A stretch of 64,000 nt of DNA, taken from NCBI RefSeq assembly GCF_035084215.1, contig NC_090353.1, positions 29,202,001-29,266,000 of the forward strand, written 5' to 3'. A program made the position numbers and the translations under genes. The notes beneath the pieces were generated by a model. The model did no database searches and was not told the origin of the DNA. It was given only the letters and a program-made list of their open reading frames with translations. This DNA comes from Heptranchias perlo (Eukaryota). Shown piece by piece: positions 50,621 to 62,280 of the stretch; position 1 is the first letter of the stretch, and each line of letters starts with the position of its first letter.

Positions 50621-51411
50621 TAGGAATTGGTATATGTCAGGCCTTATCTTTCGGGTGTAAATTGGGTGCATTGCTGACCAATGTGGCAGTGGGACAGCCT
50701 GTGCCCAATCTTGCCGAGCATTGTAATGCAATAAAATAATACATAAAACACCAGCATGGACCAGTTGGGCTGAATGGCCTGTTTCTGTGCTGTAAATTCT
50801 ATGCAATTCTATGTAGTATAACATGGAGCGGTAATAACAAACCTCAGTGGTCAAAATGGAGGTGGTTAATGGCCATAATACAGGAGGCTATGGTAACACT
50901 CCAAACAGAAAGGCGTTTGTAAATGATGAACTGTACGCATTACTAAGGAAAAGAGATGCCGAGGGCTGGATCATTCTCCGGTGCTTTGTATCCAGCTCAA
51001 GCTTCATTCTTGGATGGCAGCTGAACTGCTCAAGTGTGTCTCAGCCCTGTTAACCCGCTCTCATTTATTCTCCATATTAACATGTGTGATTGTAGCATCT
51101 AGGTGGAAATTGGAAAAATTGTAGGTAAATGAATGCTGTTCCTTTAATTCTCAGAAATGGTAAATCGTAATAATGAAAATGACAACTAGAAGTAAGTAAT
51201 AGCTGGGAGTACGTCAATGCATTTCATGGCTGTCACACTTCAATAGCCACTACTAGACAGTATGTACAAGGTAAATGATGCTGGAACTACTAGGGAAATT
51301 TTCCTGTCAACTGTATTCTAATTAAATATGTTTAACTGTTTCTTTTTAAATCAGTGAAAAGCTGTCCTAATTGCCTAGTGACTAAATACAACACCCACAG
51401 TGGTTCTAAGC

Positions 51412-51815
51412 TACAACAACTTGCATTTATATAGTGCCTTTAATGTAGTAAAACGTTCCATGGCGCTTCATAGGAGCGATTATCAAACAAAATTTGACAC
51501 CGAGCCACATAAGGAGATATTAGAACAGGTGACCAAAAGCTTGGTCAAAGATGCAGGTTTTTCGAGCATCTTAAAAGAGGAGAGAGAGGTAGAGAGGTGG
51601 AGAGGTGGAGAGGAAGGAAATTCCAGAGCTTACGGCCGAGGCAGCTGAAGGCACGGCCATCAATGGTGGAGAGAAGGAAATCGGAGATGCGCAAGGGGCC
51701 AGAATTGGAGGAGCGCAGAGATCTTGGAGGGTGGTAGGGCTGGAGGATGTTACAGAGATAAGGAGGGGCGAAGCCATAGAGGGATTTGAACACAAGGATA
51801 AGAATTTTAAAATGT
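51412..51815 (-). mobile_element. L2 LINE 3' end (other L2 ends near 5405-5830 -, 6818-7060, 7285-7530 -, 35170-35580 +)
   Basis: FKSLYGFAPPYL..LQPY..RSLRSS..GRAFS..LWN; tail acaacaacttgcatttatatagtgcc. Confidence 0.88.
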
Positions 51816-52619
51816 AGACAGATAAGAAGGACCCGTGCTGAATCCCAATTGCTAACACGGCTGCTTTGAAGCTACCAGATTTGATTTCTGGTCTGTTCTC
51901 AGCCAAGATATTACGACTGACTAGAGCATCTTTGGATTAGGGGAGGGAAATGAACTTTTTAAGAAATACAGGAGGATGGCCCATCAGTTGAGCTGGCTTA
52001 GGGCAAGCCTCCAAATTGGTACAGGGAGAAAAAACCAACCCCTGTGGCAGGACTGCTTTACACCGATTCCCCACCCACAACTCAAGGGAGATACACAGGA
52101 GGACGTAGAGTGCTGTGTTTACATCGCAAGGCCTCTGGTTTTGCAGCTCATCCTCTTCGTATGTGCATACTGGGATCACTCACACAGCTTCTTTATCAAT
52201 AACAAGCCAATGTTTTGTACCACAGTCATTCACATGGGGGACGGACAAGGGGAGGGGGTGGCCGAGTTCTCCTGAGAGCAATTAGAGTACAAAGGCTACA
52301 CTACAATCAGAGCAATCACAAACAGGTGACGCCATGCTCCTGAATAGGACCGATTCATTTGCATGAAGCAGTGGCTGTACCCACTTCTAATGAGCACATT
52401 ACTCTAGTTTGTACACTGCTAAACAACCCACTTTTTTATTGATATTTCTCTATTCTTTTTTATTTCTCCCCTGAATAAAAGGCCATTAAGAGCACTTCAC
52501 ATTACATTCCCAGGCTGTTTGATCTATTCATTGAGTGTTCCAATTATATCTAATAACCTTTCTCACATCGGGAATGGTCTGGCTGAAGTATGTACATGAG
52601 TAAAGTTAGAACGGGACAG

Positions 52620-53025
52620 CTCTCAAGCACAAAATCTAGGCTAACACTCCAGTGCAGTTACTGAGGGAGCGGTGCACTGTCGGAGATGCCGTCTTTTGGA
52701 TTGAGACATTAAACCGAGGTCCCGTCCGCTCTATCGGGTGGACGTAAAAGATCCCACGACACTATTTCGAAGAAGAGCAGGGGAGTTCTCCCCCCGGCGT
52801 CCTGGCCAATCTTTATCCCTCAACTATCATCCCTAAAATGAATTATCTGGTCATTATCACATTGTTGTTTGTGGGAGCTTGCTGTGTGCAAAATTGGCTG
52901 CCACGTTTACCTACATTACAACAGTGACTGCACTTCAAAAAGTACTTCATTGGCTGTGAAGCGCTTTGGGAGTCAAAGTCCTGAGGTCTTGAAAGGCACT
53001 ATATAAGTGCAAATCTTTCTTTCTT
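52620..53025 (+). mobile_element. Deu-domain SINE
   Basis: Same consensus on the plus strand, ending aagtgcaaatctttctttc. Confidence 0.9.
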
Positions 53026-56000
53026 TTGATTTTGTCAGTGCCCAGTTTATATGAAATGGCGCTGATGTCTGTTTGGGGACAGTACTGCTGTTGACACTGG
53101 TGTTGAGCTGACAGTCGGGAAGGTTGCCATTGGTATAAGGGCACAATGGGGGTGATGTTCACCTACACTGGCTGGGTGGTAAGACTGGCAAAGCGGATCG
53201 CCTGCCCATTGTAGAACCTGCCCAATGTTTCGTCCTATTAATTTCAATGAAGGTGAAAATAACCCTCACCGATATAACTCAACTTCCATCTTTCCTTCAC
53301 AGTCGGCATGCAGTTGCCATATCTTTTTCAACGTTTGCTTCTAATAATGAGTTAAATTTACATATAGTAAATGTAGTTCCCCAGGTGGCTTAGTGAACGA
53401 GTGCACCAGCTGGTGTAGTCGTGTGTCACACGAGCCAGGACGATGCCAGGTTCGATCACGAGCTGCCTCAGCTGTTCTCAGGATGGGCTATGATTGGGTT
53501 TCGGCCCCTCTGAGCTGTGAAGCGGGGAAGTCAGTTAGGGTTCCCGATCCTGATTATTATCCGATGGTCTCTACTGGAGAGTGCGAGGATGTGGATGTCG
53601 GGCAAGCACAGATTTTGTTTTTGCCCCGAATACCTTATAAAACGGAGCCAGAGCACTGTACAGAAACTCTGCAAAGGGAAATATAAAACCTGTGCGGGTG
53701 GTCCCAGTGGGGATGGGTGGTGGGGGGCGGGAAGCACACTGGTGCGACAATACGCAGAGTTACAGAGCGTTAAGATACACAGTCATGCTCCATTTCCCAG
53801 AGCTAGACAGTGTTAGGATGCAGGGTCATGCGCGATTCGCCAGATGGTGAGTTACTCCTTTCAGCAGCGCCAACAAGAGGTGGCAGCAACCAGAGCCAGT
53901 GGGCGACCCTGGACCACCATCAGCTACTTTTCATTTTAATTCTTTCTCCCACTTTCCATGCCAACTTTCTCCCCTTCCCTCCTGCTGAGCCATGGTTCTG
54001 CGGGCAACTTGCCCAAGTGCCTATTATTCGCCCACCCTCTAAATATGCATACTTCTATGATCGGCGTATAGTAAAAGACAAGACTTGCATTTATATAGCG
54101 CCTTTCACGACCTCAAGGCATCCCAAAGCCCTTTACAGCCAATGTAAACTTTTGGAAGTACTGTCATTGTTGTAATGTCGGCAGCCAATTTGCGCACAGC
54201 AAGGTCCCACAGACAGCAATGTGATAATGACCAGATAATCTGCTTTAGTGATGTTGGATGAGGGACAAATATTGGCCAGGGTGCCGGGGAGAACTTCCCT
54301 GCTCTTCTTCAAAATAATGGCATGGGATCTTTTACGTCCACCTAAGAGGGCAGACAGGGCCTCGGTTTAACGTAATCAGGAGTGGGGTCAGATTCTGATT
54401 TTCCTCTCTCTCTAACTGTTGAGGCCAGTTGTAGCACTCTATCACATTGCCACTCCGCACGCCCGCCCGCAGGGATCCAACCTGGGGCCTTGCTAGTCTG
54501 TGTGTGGTTCACTGACTCCCTGTATAAACTCACTGAGCCACTAGGGGAACAATATGCAGTCTAATACCTGATTGCAAAGCAGCACAGGCAGTGGACTGAG
54601 AGCAGTTCATTGTCCAGGGAGAGTGGAGAACAAAGTAAATTACAAATAAAACAGGACAAAAACATGTGAACCGCCAATAATAAGGTACATCTTCCCGCAA
54701 ATGTTGTTATTTTGAAGGAAAGACCGACACTCAATTCAGGAAACAGAGGCTGCAGAAATGTTTCATGTTAAAGGCCTCATGTCATCTTCCGGCTGTTTGA
54801 GGCATCAATACAATTAGAGCTACCGAGGCTATTGCCATAGCAACGGTATCTACAGGACATCACATGCTGCTGCTGCAAGCCAACTGCAAATCTCCTCCCG
54901 ACTCAGGCAGCTGTAAGCAGGGGAAAGCCATGGGAAGGGGGGGGGGGCAGAGAAAGGGAAGAGGTTGAGTCTAAAATCATAAACATTTCATTAACCAGCT
55001 ACCCAAGAGACTGCCATTGCTTTATACGATTAAATAAATGATTTCCAAACGTGATGTCAAACAAGCCCGCTTGAGCCCTTGGGCTTCTTCACAAGACAGT
55101 AAAACAGTGAGTAAATTAAACTGAAAGACCCTGCAAAATGAGAGTGCCACTGGGGACTAATGAGGAGTGATTCTTGTGAAGACTAGTGGTCTGGAAAAGG
55201 TTAAAATAAAACACTGGAAAATACAACTTCAGACATCAAACCTATTCTGATTGTGGCCAAACGGGACTTTTAGGCCTGGATTTTCCGATCTGCATTATTT
55301 TAATGCAGGCGTTAAACTGGTTTAAAATAGCACCACTCCATAAATCTAAGCTTTAAGCTCTAAAATGTTTGGCTACGGTTCGAGTCCTTCAGGGGTGGAC
55401 TGGCTTCCCCCCCCCGAAAGGGCATGAGATTCGCATTAAAAAAGGAGGCACCGATAATATAGCGCCGAGGAACCATTCACGTGGGCATTCGGGAAATCTC
55501 CCAATTTCCCACATGGCCAGTCCGTCCCTGGTGTCCTTCAAGTGAGACATTAAAGCGAGACCCCTCCCACCTTGTTCTGAGTGGGTGTAAAAGATCCCAT
55601 GGCACTGTTCGGAGAAGAGCAGAGGGTTCTCCCAGTCTCCCGGCCAATATTCCTCCCTCAGCCAAAATCAACCAAAGCAGATTAAAGGATCTTTCACCTC
55701 GTTGCCGTTTGTGAGATCTTGCCGTGTACAAAAACGGCTGCCGCATTTGCCTTATTTAACAAGTGACTGCACTTCAAAGCAATTAATTGTACGTCAAGCG
55801 CTTTGCGACATTTGTCTGATAAGGTGCCACATAAGTGCAGGTCTTTCATCCTTTCTTCTGCCCAGTCCTTACGCGAGCTGACTGCTTTCCCCACCGCGTG
55901 ATCAATCCTCCATTTTACGTATCCGTTGTCAGGCCGTCTCACGTGTGCTCAAGTCCCTTATTTATTTCAAACCAGCCTTGGAAATCAGTACATTTTCTGC

Positions 56001-59000
56001 CCTGTTTTCAAATATCACAGCCACTGACTGGATGGGTGGTCATCCTTGTGAAAGAGAGAATTGAGAAGGGGGAGGGGGGATGGGAGCGGGGGATGAGGGA
56101 GGGAAATTTGACCCCACTTTTAACCTCTTTGCTGAGGTACAATATCCTACATAAACAAACCTATAGCAGAAACATTGCTTCTAATTGGCTGGACGTAGAA
56201 ACACAGACAAGAGACGTGTCATTAAGATTCACACCATAATTAAACCTTGTTACACACACACTCCAATTAGGACTCATCCCGCTGCCACTATGTTTATCGC
56301 CTGTACAAGCACAATGCTTAAAAAAAGACACAAAATTTTCAAGCAGAGGAGGGCAGAGTATTTCCCATAATTCAATGTGATCCAAGCTATAAAAAAAAAT
56401 TAAGATGGGGGAGGAAATGAGGTCTAATAATCAAAAGATAAATGAGAAAATTACCGCTGACCCAAAGCAAGTCATTAAGATACCTCGGTGAGCATTATTT
56501 GCCATTATACAGATCGATGGGTCGGGCTGCAGCAATGATCTGTCACAAACGTACACACGCTTCAGTAGCACATGAAAATTGCGTTCTCCTTCATTGTTTG
56601 TCACTGGGCACCGTGCCAGTTCCATTCCACTGGCGGCGTGCCTACTTTTTGATGTGCACACATATTCAGCCTGATTGATAGAGCAATGCGGCAGAACAAA
56701 TTATGGCCATGAAATCGGTCCGGAGAGCTGGGAGCAGTTCCTGTCCCAGTGAGACTTCCATTTATTTGTATTATGATAGCAGCATCAGCAAGGTCACCGG
56801 CAGCCAGTTCCCAGAAAGCAGCCGTCCAAAGCTATTTACTCAGGACAAGTGCTCCGTTCTTTATTTACCCAGAAATCAATACTTCCCCTACCCTCAGTAC
56901 ATGATAAGTGGGAATGACAATGCGCCAATGACACAGCACATTGTGGCTGACAAGGTTAGTGGGGGAGGGGGGGAAGGAAAGAAAGAAGGTGTTGGGGAGA
57001 GAAAGCGATGGGACGGTGGTGACTAAAAAGAGAGAACTTTTATTTATATAGCGTCTTTCATAACCTCGGGACGTCCCGAAGCGCATGACAACCAATGAGG
57101 TACTTTTTGAAGTGTAGTCAGTGATGTAACATGGGAAAACACAGCATCCGATTTGTGCACAACAAGGTCCCACAAACGGCAATGTGATAATGACCAGATG
57201 ATCTGTATTAGTGAGGAAAGGAAGAGGGAACTGAGGGAATGGTGATGGGGGAAGGGAAGTGAGGAGAGGCTGGTGGAGATGGAGATGGCGGTTAGGTGGG
57301 CAAGGGACTTTGACAGCTTCAGAAAAGCGCTGCTAAAGCGGACTCTTTGCGATGCTCGCCATCATTTAACTTTCCACCAGGTGCCATTCTCCATCAGGTG
57401 CTGGGACAGAGGTGGAGCCAGAAAAACTGACATCAGTCACGAGACCTCGCTACAGATAATTTTGAACAGACCATGGGAGGAACGCAGGGCCTTTTTGCAA
57501 TCTATGGACCGGGTAACTGGACGGTTGGATGATATATGCCAGGTGTACGTGGGTTGGAGGAGCGAAGGATGGAGTGTCCGAGAGCTCTGGTGATTTTGTA
57601 TGGCGATTTTTAACAGCACCAATCATTCTGCTACATGATGCATTTAAGGGGAGGTACTTCAGGGAGAAAGGAATAGAAGGGTATCCTGATAGGGTGAGAT
57701 AAGTAGGCTCGAAGGAGGCTCGCATGGAGCATAAACACCGGCATAGACCAGTTGGGCTGAATGGCCTGTTTCTGTGCTGTAAAATCTATGTAATTCTATG
57801 TAATACAAGAAATTCAGTCCCTGCTTCTCCCAGAGCAAAGCCCGGGTGTTTTTTTTAAATTCCTAACAGCAAGTTCCACGTACTTGCTGCGAATGCAGTT
57901 TGTAAACATAAATGCCCCTCCTCACTGCCTATTACGCTGATCCTCCTTAGGGGACCAACCTCCGTGCACCACTCTCCCGTCTTTTCCTTTTCAGTCGGGC
58001 ACGAGTCAACACTGGGCTCAGCTGTGTAAGCTGGAGAACCTATCGCCATTGAGTGCTGTCAGCTGTGCCCCTGTTAATGTGCCTTCACTTGAAGCCATTT
58101 TTATCACCTTGATTGAGGGCACTGAGCGGGGTAACCAGTCAAAACAATAAATAATCTTCATTTTACATTTTTGATCTAATGCCTTCAGGGCTGCAGTGGC
58201 AACCTCCTCCATTTAGAATTTATAACAAGTTGGGGATTATATAAAGTTGTAATGGAAATTCAATACATCAAGAGCTTGGAATGCAGTAAGATTGCAGCTT
58301 GCAACCTGAACTTAAGACAATGCAAATTGCCAAGATCGTCATTGCAATGTTTGTTTTGACTCCCCAATTGGTTACAATGAATTGAAGCAGAGATTACAAG
58401 GGTGATTGTGGAGACTCAAGGAATGCAATTTGAAAAGGAAAAATGTAGAAGGGCAATGGGGAGAAGCAGGGCAATGGGACTAAGTGGCTGGCTCTTTCAG
58501 AGAGCCAGCACAGGCGTAATGGGCCATAATGGCCTCTTTCTGTGCTGTAAAATGCTATGATTCTATCTATGATTAGATACTTTTCCCTCAATTTTCTCCA
58601 CTCCGCTCATCAATGTGCTGACTTTTGCCAGGATGCCAGCTGCTGCCTGGTATCTCATCCAAGTGGCCATTATTCAACCGTGAGCCTTGGCAGTGAGTGT
58701 TGGCAGACTATTTGACATGGGGGGCATCACAGCCTTATCCCGTGCTCACCCAATGTCCGTACACTTTCCAGTTCAGATGACTAGACAGCAATAAGCAGGA
58801 GAAACTCCGGTTGGTTTTTCTCTTCCCTACCTGGGGGTGCTAAGGCCAATTGTAGCAGACTACTGCTGCCCTGGCCAAGATCAGCTACATCAGTACAGTC
58901 CATGGACCAAACCTGGGACCTTTCGGTTTGTATGGCAGCAGGTATCAACATTTATCAACTGGGGGAGGCCGCTAATTGGACTTAACTGCTGTTTTAAAGT

Positions 59001-59034
59001 TAGAGGTGCTTTTATAATTATGAAGTTCTTTCAA

Positions 59035-59640
59035 TAGGGACGGAGATGAGGAGAATTTTTTTCTCTAAGAGGGTCGTGACTTTGTGGAACTCGCTTCCCC
59101 AGCGAGCGGTGGAGGCAGGGTCGTCGAATATTTTTAAGGCTGAGTTAAATAGATTCCTGATTAACGAGGGAGTTAAAGACTATAGTAGGTAGACGAGAAA
59201 GTGAGGTTGAGGTCACAATCAGATCAGCCATGATCGTATCAAATGGCAGAGCAGGCTCGAGGAGCCAAATGGCCTACCTCCTGCACTTAATTCGTATGTT
59301 CGTACGTAGAAGATGTTTTTACTTGTGGGGGAAACCAAAACTAGGGGCCATATATATAAGATAGTCACCAATAAATCCAATAGGGAATTCAGAAGAAACC
59401 TTTTTACTAAGAGAGTGGTTAGAATGTGGAACTCGCTACCACAAGTAGTTGAGGTGAATAGCATAGATCCATTTAAGAGGAAGCTAGATAAACACGTGAG
59501 GGGGAAAGAAATAGAAGGTTATACTGATAGGGTTAGATGAAGAGGAGTGGGAGGAGGCTCGTGCGGAGCATAAACGCCAGCATAGACCAGTTGGGCCGAA
59601 TGGCCTGTTTCTGTGCAGTAAATCCTATGTAATTCTACGT
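59035..59640 (+). mobile_element. Two tandem CR1 3' fragments with different tails
   Basis: gaggagaattttttttctctaagagggtcgtg followed by one tail type, then TRGHIYKI..RRNLFTKRVVRMWN followed by the other tail type. Confidence 0.85.
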
Positions 59641-60411
59641 ATTACATTGGTCTCAGGAGCATGTTGGTGCCACTGGTTCCCCCACATGCAAGTCTCGCAC
59701 ACCTGTGACATCCTCAATGTAAACCCTGGCTGGATTCACATCTGGTAAAAAGAACCGGCCTTCACAGCAGCCGACCTTTATTGGGCCTCCCACTGGGTGT
59801 GCGAGGCCTACCGTTGGGATCCAGCAGCACATCTGTGTCCCATGTAATAGCAGCTTAAAATCACCAGCCCTTCCTCCTCTCTACTCAAGAGCCTACGTGT
59901 GACAGAATTGAGAATAACCATGGGTTCTGTCACATACTCTACATGTGTCACCAGTAGACATAAAAGAACTGTACAGGGCATCAGACAGGCTAAAATACAT
60001 CATTTGTTCTGCACTCATTTGCTTTGTTCTAAAACACCATGTTCTGCACTGAATTATGTATGTATCTGTTCGCCGCCCACTGAGTCTTCTCAACTCATCA
60101 TACTTTATCTGTTGACGTATCTAGGCTGACTTGTCTGCACAGAGTAAGAAGGCTATTAGGAGGGGGATGGGAGTCCACAAGAGTATGGAATAGGAAATGG
60201 GCTACTGCATTTAGTCATTCTGCCTGGCTGACTCAGAGTGTGATAATAATCAGGGTGGCAATTAGTGTAGCTTCAAATATAAAATATGATTTCTGTGGTG
60301 CAAAATACTACAATTAGAAAGTTCGGTGATGAGTCAAGAGGTCTTTTCGCCTTATTGATCGAGTCTCGAACAACCTCTATGTGCCGCTGTCCCCTCCCCC
60401 AATTACATTAT

Positions 60412-60555
60412 TGTAAACAATTTTACAACACCAAGTTATAGTCCAGCAATTTTATTTTAAATTCACAAGCTTTCGGAGGCTTCCTCCTTCGTCAGGTGAA
60501 CGATGTGAAAAAAAGATGTGAAAAAAATGTGAAAGATGTGAAAAAAATATGACTA
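60412..60555 (-). mobile_element. Short Penelope-like insertion with 13-bp TSD and a slippage-like (gatgtgaaa)n end
   Basis: ccaattacattat at 60399-60411 and 60556-60568. Same family as 2831-2951 in the opposite orientation. Confidence 0.8.
60462..60500 (-). ncRNA. Minimal type I hammerhead ribozyme motif, sense to the TLE pre-mRNA
   Basis: Minus strand: TTCAC-CTGACGA-a-GGAGG(aag)CCTCC-GAAA-gc-TT-GTGAA. Stems I and II are perfect 5-bp helices and the core is intact. Confidence 0.8.
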
Positions 60556-62009
60556 CCAATTACATTATGACTGCTCTCCCTGCAGACTGTGGGATAGAGA
60601 CCACATTATGCCACAGGACAACTGATGCAGGATCCTCTCTGCGAAATTGACACCATTTTAAGTCATGGCGCAAAAATGGCAGCCCGTGGAATCAGATCAG
60701 AACCAGGGGGGGTGCCTAATCTTAGGCAGATTAAAAAGCCTTCAAAAACTGTGTCCATTCCTCCCCCTCAACCCATCGAGACTCCAAAGATTTTTTAATA
60801 TTTGCAACAGCCATCAATGGCAGGAGGGCAGCCTCACCGGCATCAGCTGTTCTCATCCAAGGGGCCAGTTTAGGGTGATTGCTGGAATTATTAGGAGGTG
60901 GAAATAGCATTTGAGGGCCAGAAAGGTGACAAACAATGGGTCCACCCCCTAAATATTAAATCAGGAAACCCCAACTTACCTCAGCATTTCACTGGAGTCA
61001 AATCATTCAGGATACATTACAAGTGACTACACTTCAAAAGGTACTTTATTGGCTGTAAAGCACTTTGGGACCTCCTGCGGTCATGAAAAGCGTTTTATAA
61101 ATGCAAGCCTTTCTTTTTAATAATTCAAAGGTGGAAATTTACAGAATTTGATTTTTTTTTTAATATACTGTATATTGTATTACAGCACATTGTGTCAGTC
61201 GCAGAGGAATTAAACGACAGCCTGGAATTGATCTCTTTTTCTCAAGTGGTTTCTGATTTCTCTGACCAGAGAGAGTACTCTGTGCTCATTTATTTAGATC
61301 ACCTGAACTAGCCATGACGTCTTTTCTTCGGTTTAAAAAATTCCTGTGTAAAATCCACCTCATGACCTCAACAGGTAAAATTAACCCTGCTTCTTGCCAG
61401 GTTAGGGGTGGGAGAAGGGAGAGGTAACAGACCACTGCCCAATTGCTGAGGTTCAAAATACACTGTGCTCTTATTAAGCACACAAAAGATAACTGAGGAA
61501 AACAACTGAAAGAATTTACTGAAAGAAATGACTTTACCCACAGCTGAATTCCTGTTTAACTTTCACTATGCACTGCAAAAATTCTATTTAGGTCACACCC
61601 CTCTTTTTTAAAAAACACAAATCACGGTGTATAAGTTGTTCAGCTGTACAGAGCGAGTGGTTAGATTCTGGAATGCACTGCCCGAGGGAGTGGTGGAGGC
61701 AGATTCAATCATGGCCTTCAAAAGGGAACTGGATAATTATTTGAAAGGAAAAAATTTGCAGGGCTACGGGGAAAGGGCGGGGGAATGGGACTAGCCAGAT
61801 TGTTCGCGCATAGATCTGGCATGACTCGACGGGACGAATGGCCTCCTTCCGTGCTGTAACCTTTCTATGATTATGTAGAGGGCTCTATAATGATGGTCTG
61901 AAGCTTGGGTGTCAGATTTTACAGCAGCTTTGAGCACTATTAACATATCACGTCTGCACAAATAAATTGCCATATCCTCCACACTACCGGACACCCATCG
62001 TAGGGAATA

Positions 62010-62280
62010 AAGGGCACAATAGGTGAGGCACTGCCCTTCCACCCCTGGCACCTGGGCTCAAATCCAGCCCAGGCTGCTGGGAAATTCTCCGTGGCCTGTT
62101 GGCTGTAAAGGTCCTATGCGCAGTTTGGGCAGTCTCAATCCTGTTGCTTGCACAAAGCTGGCTATTAGATATAAATGGAAGGCCACAGGCAGACTGGTGT
62201 GGAAAATAGAAAAAAAATGTCATACTGAAGCAGTAGGGGACACTCTTCTGAGGTTGGAGGCACATTGTTAGGGTGGAGAG
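62010..62280 (+). mobile_element. LF-SINE-like element (fragments also near 16540-16635 + and 10755-10860 -)
   Basis: cttccacccct..ctgggctcaaatccagcccagg..ggctgt..cctatg..agtctca..ggttggaggcacattg. At about 16600, tctgatggctgt..ctatgtgaaatgag. Both resemble the coelacanth LF-SINE consensus as I recall it. Confidence 0.55.
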
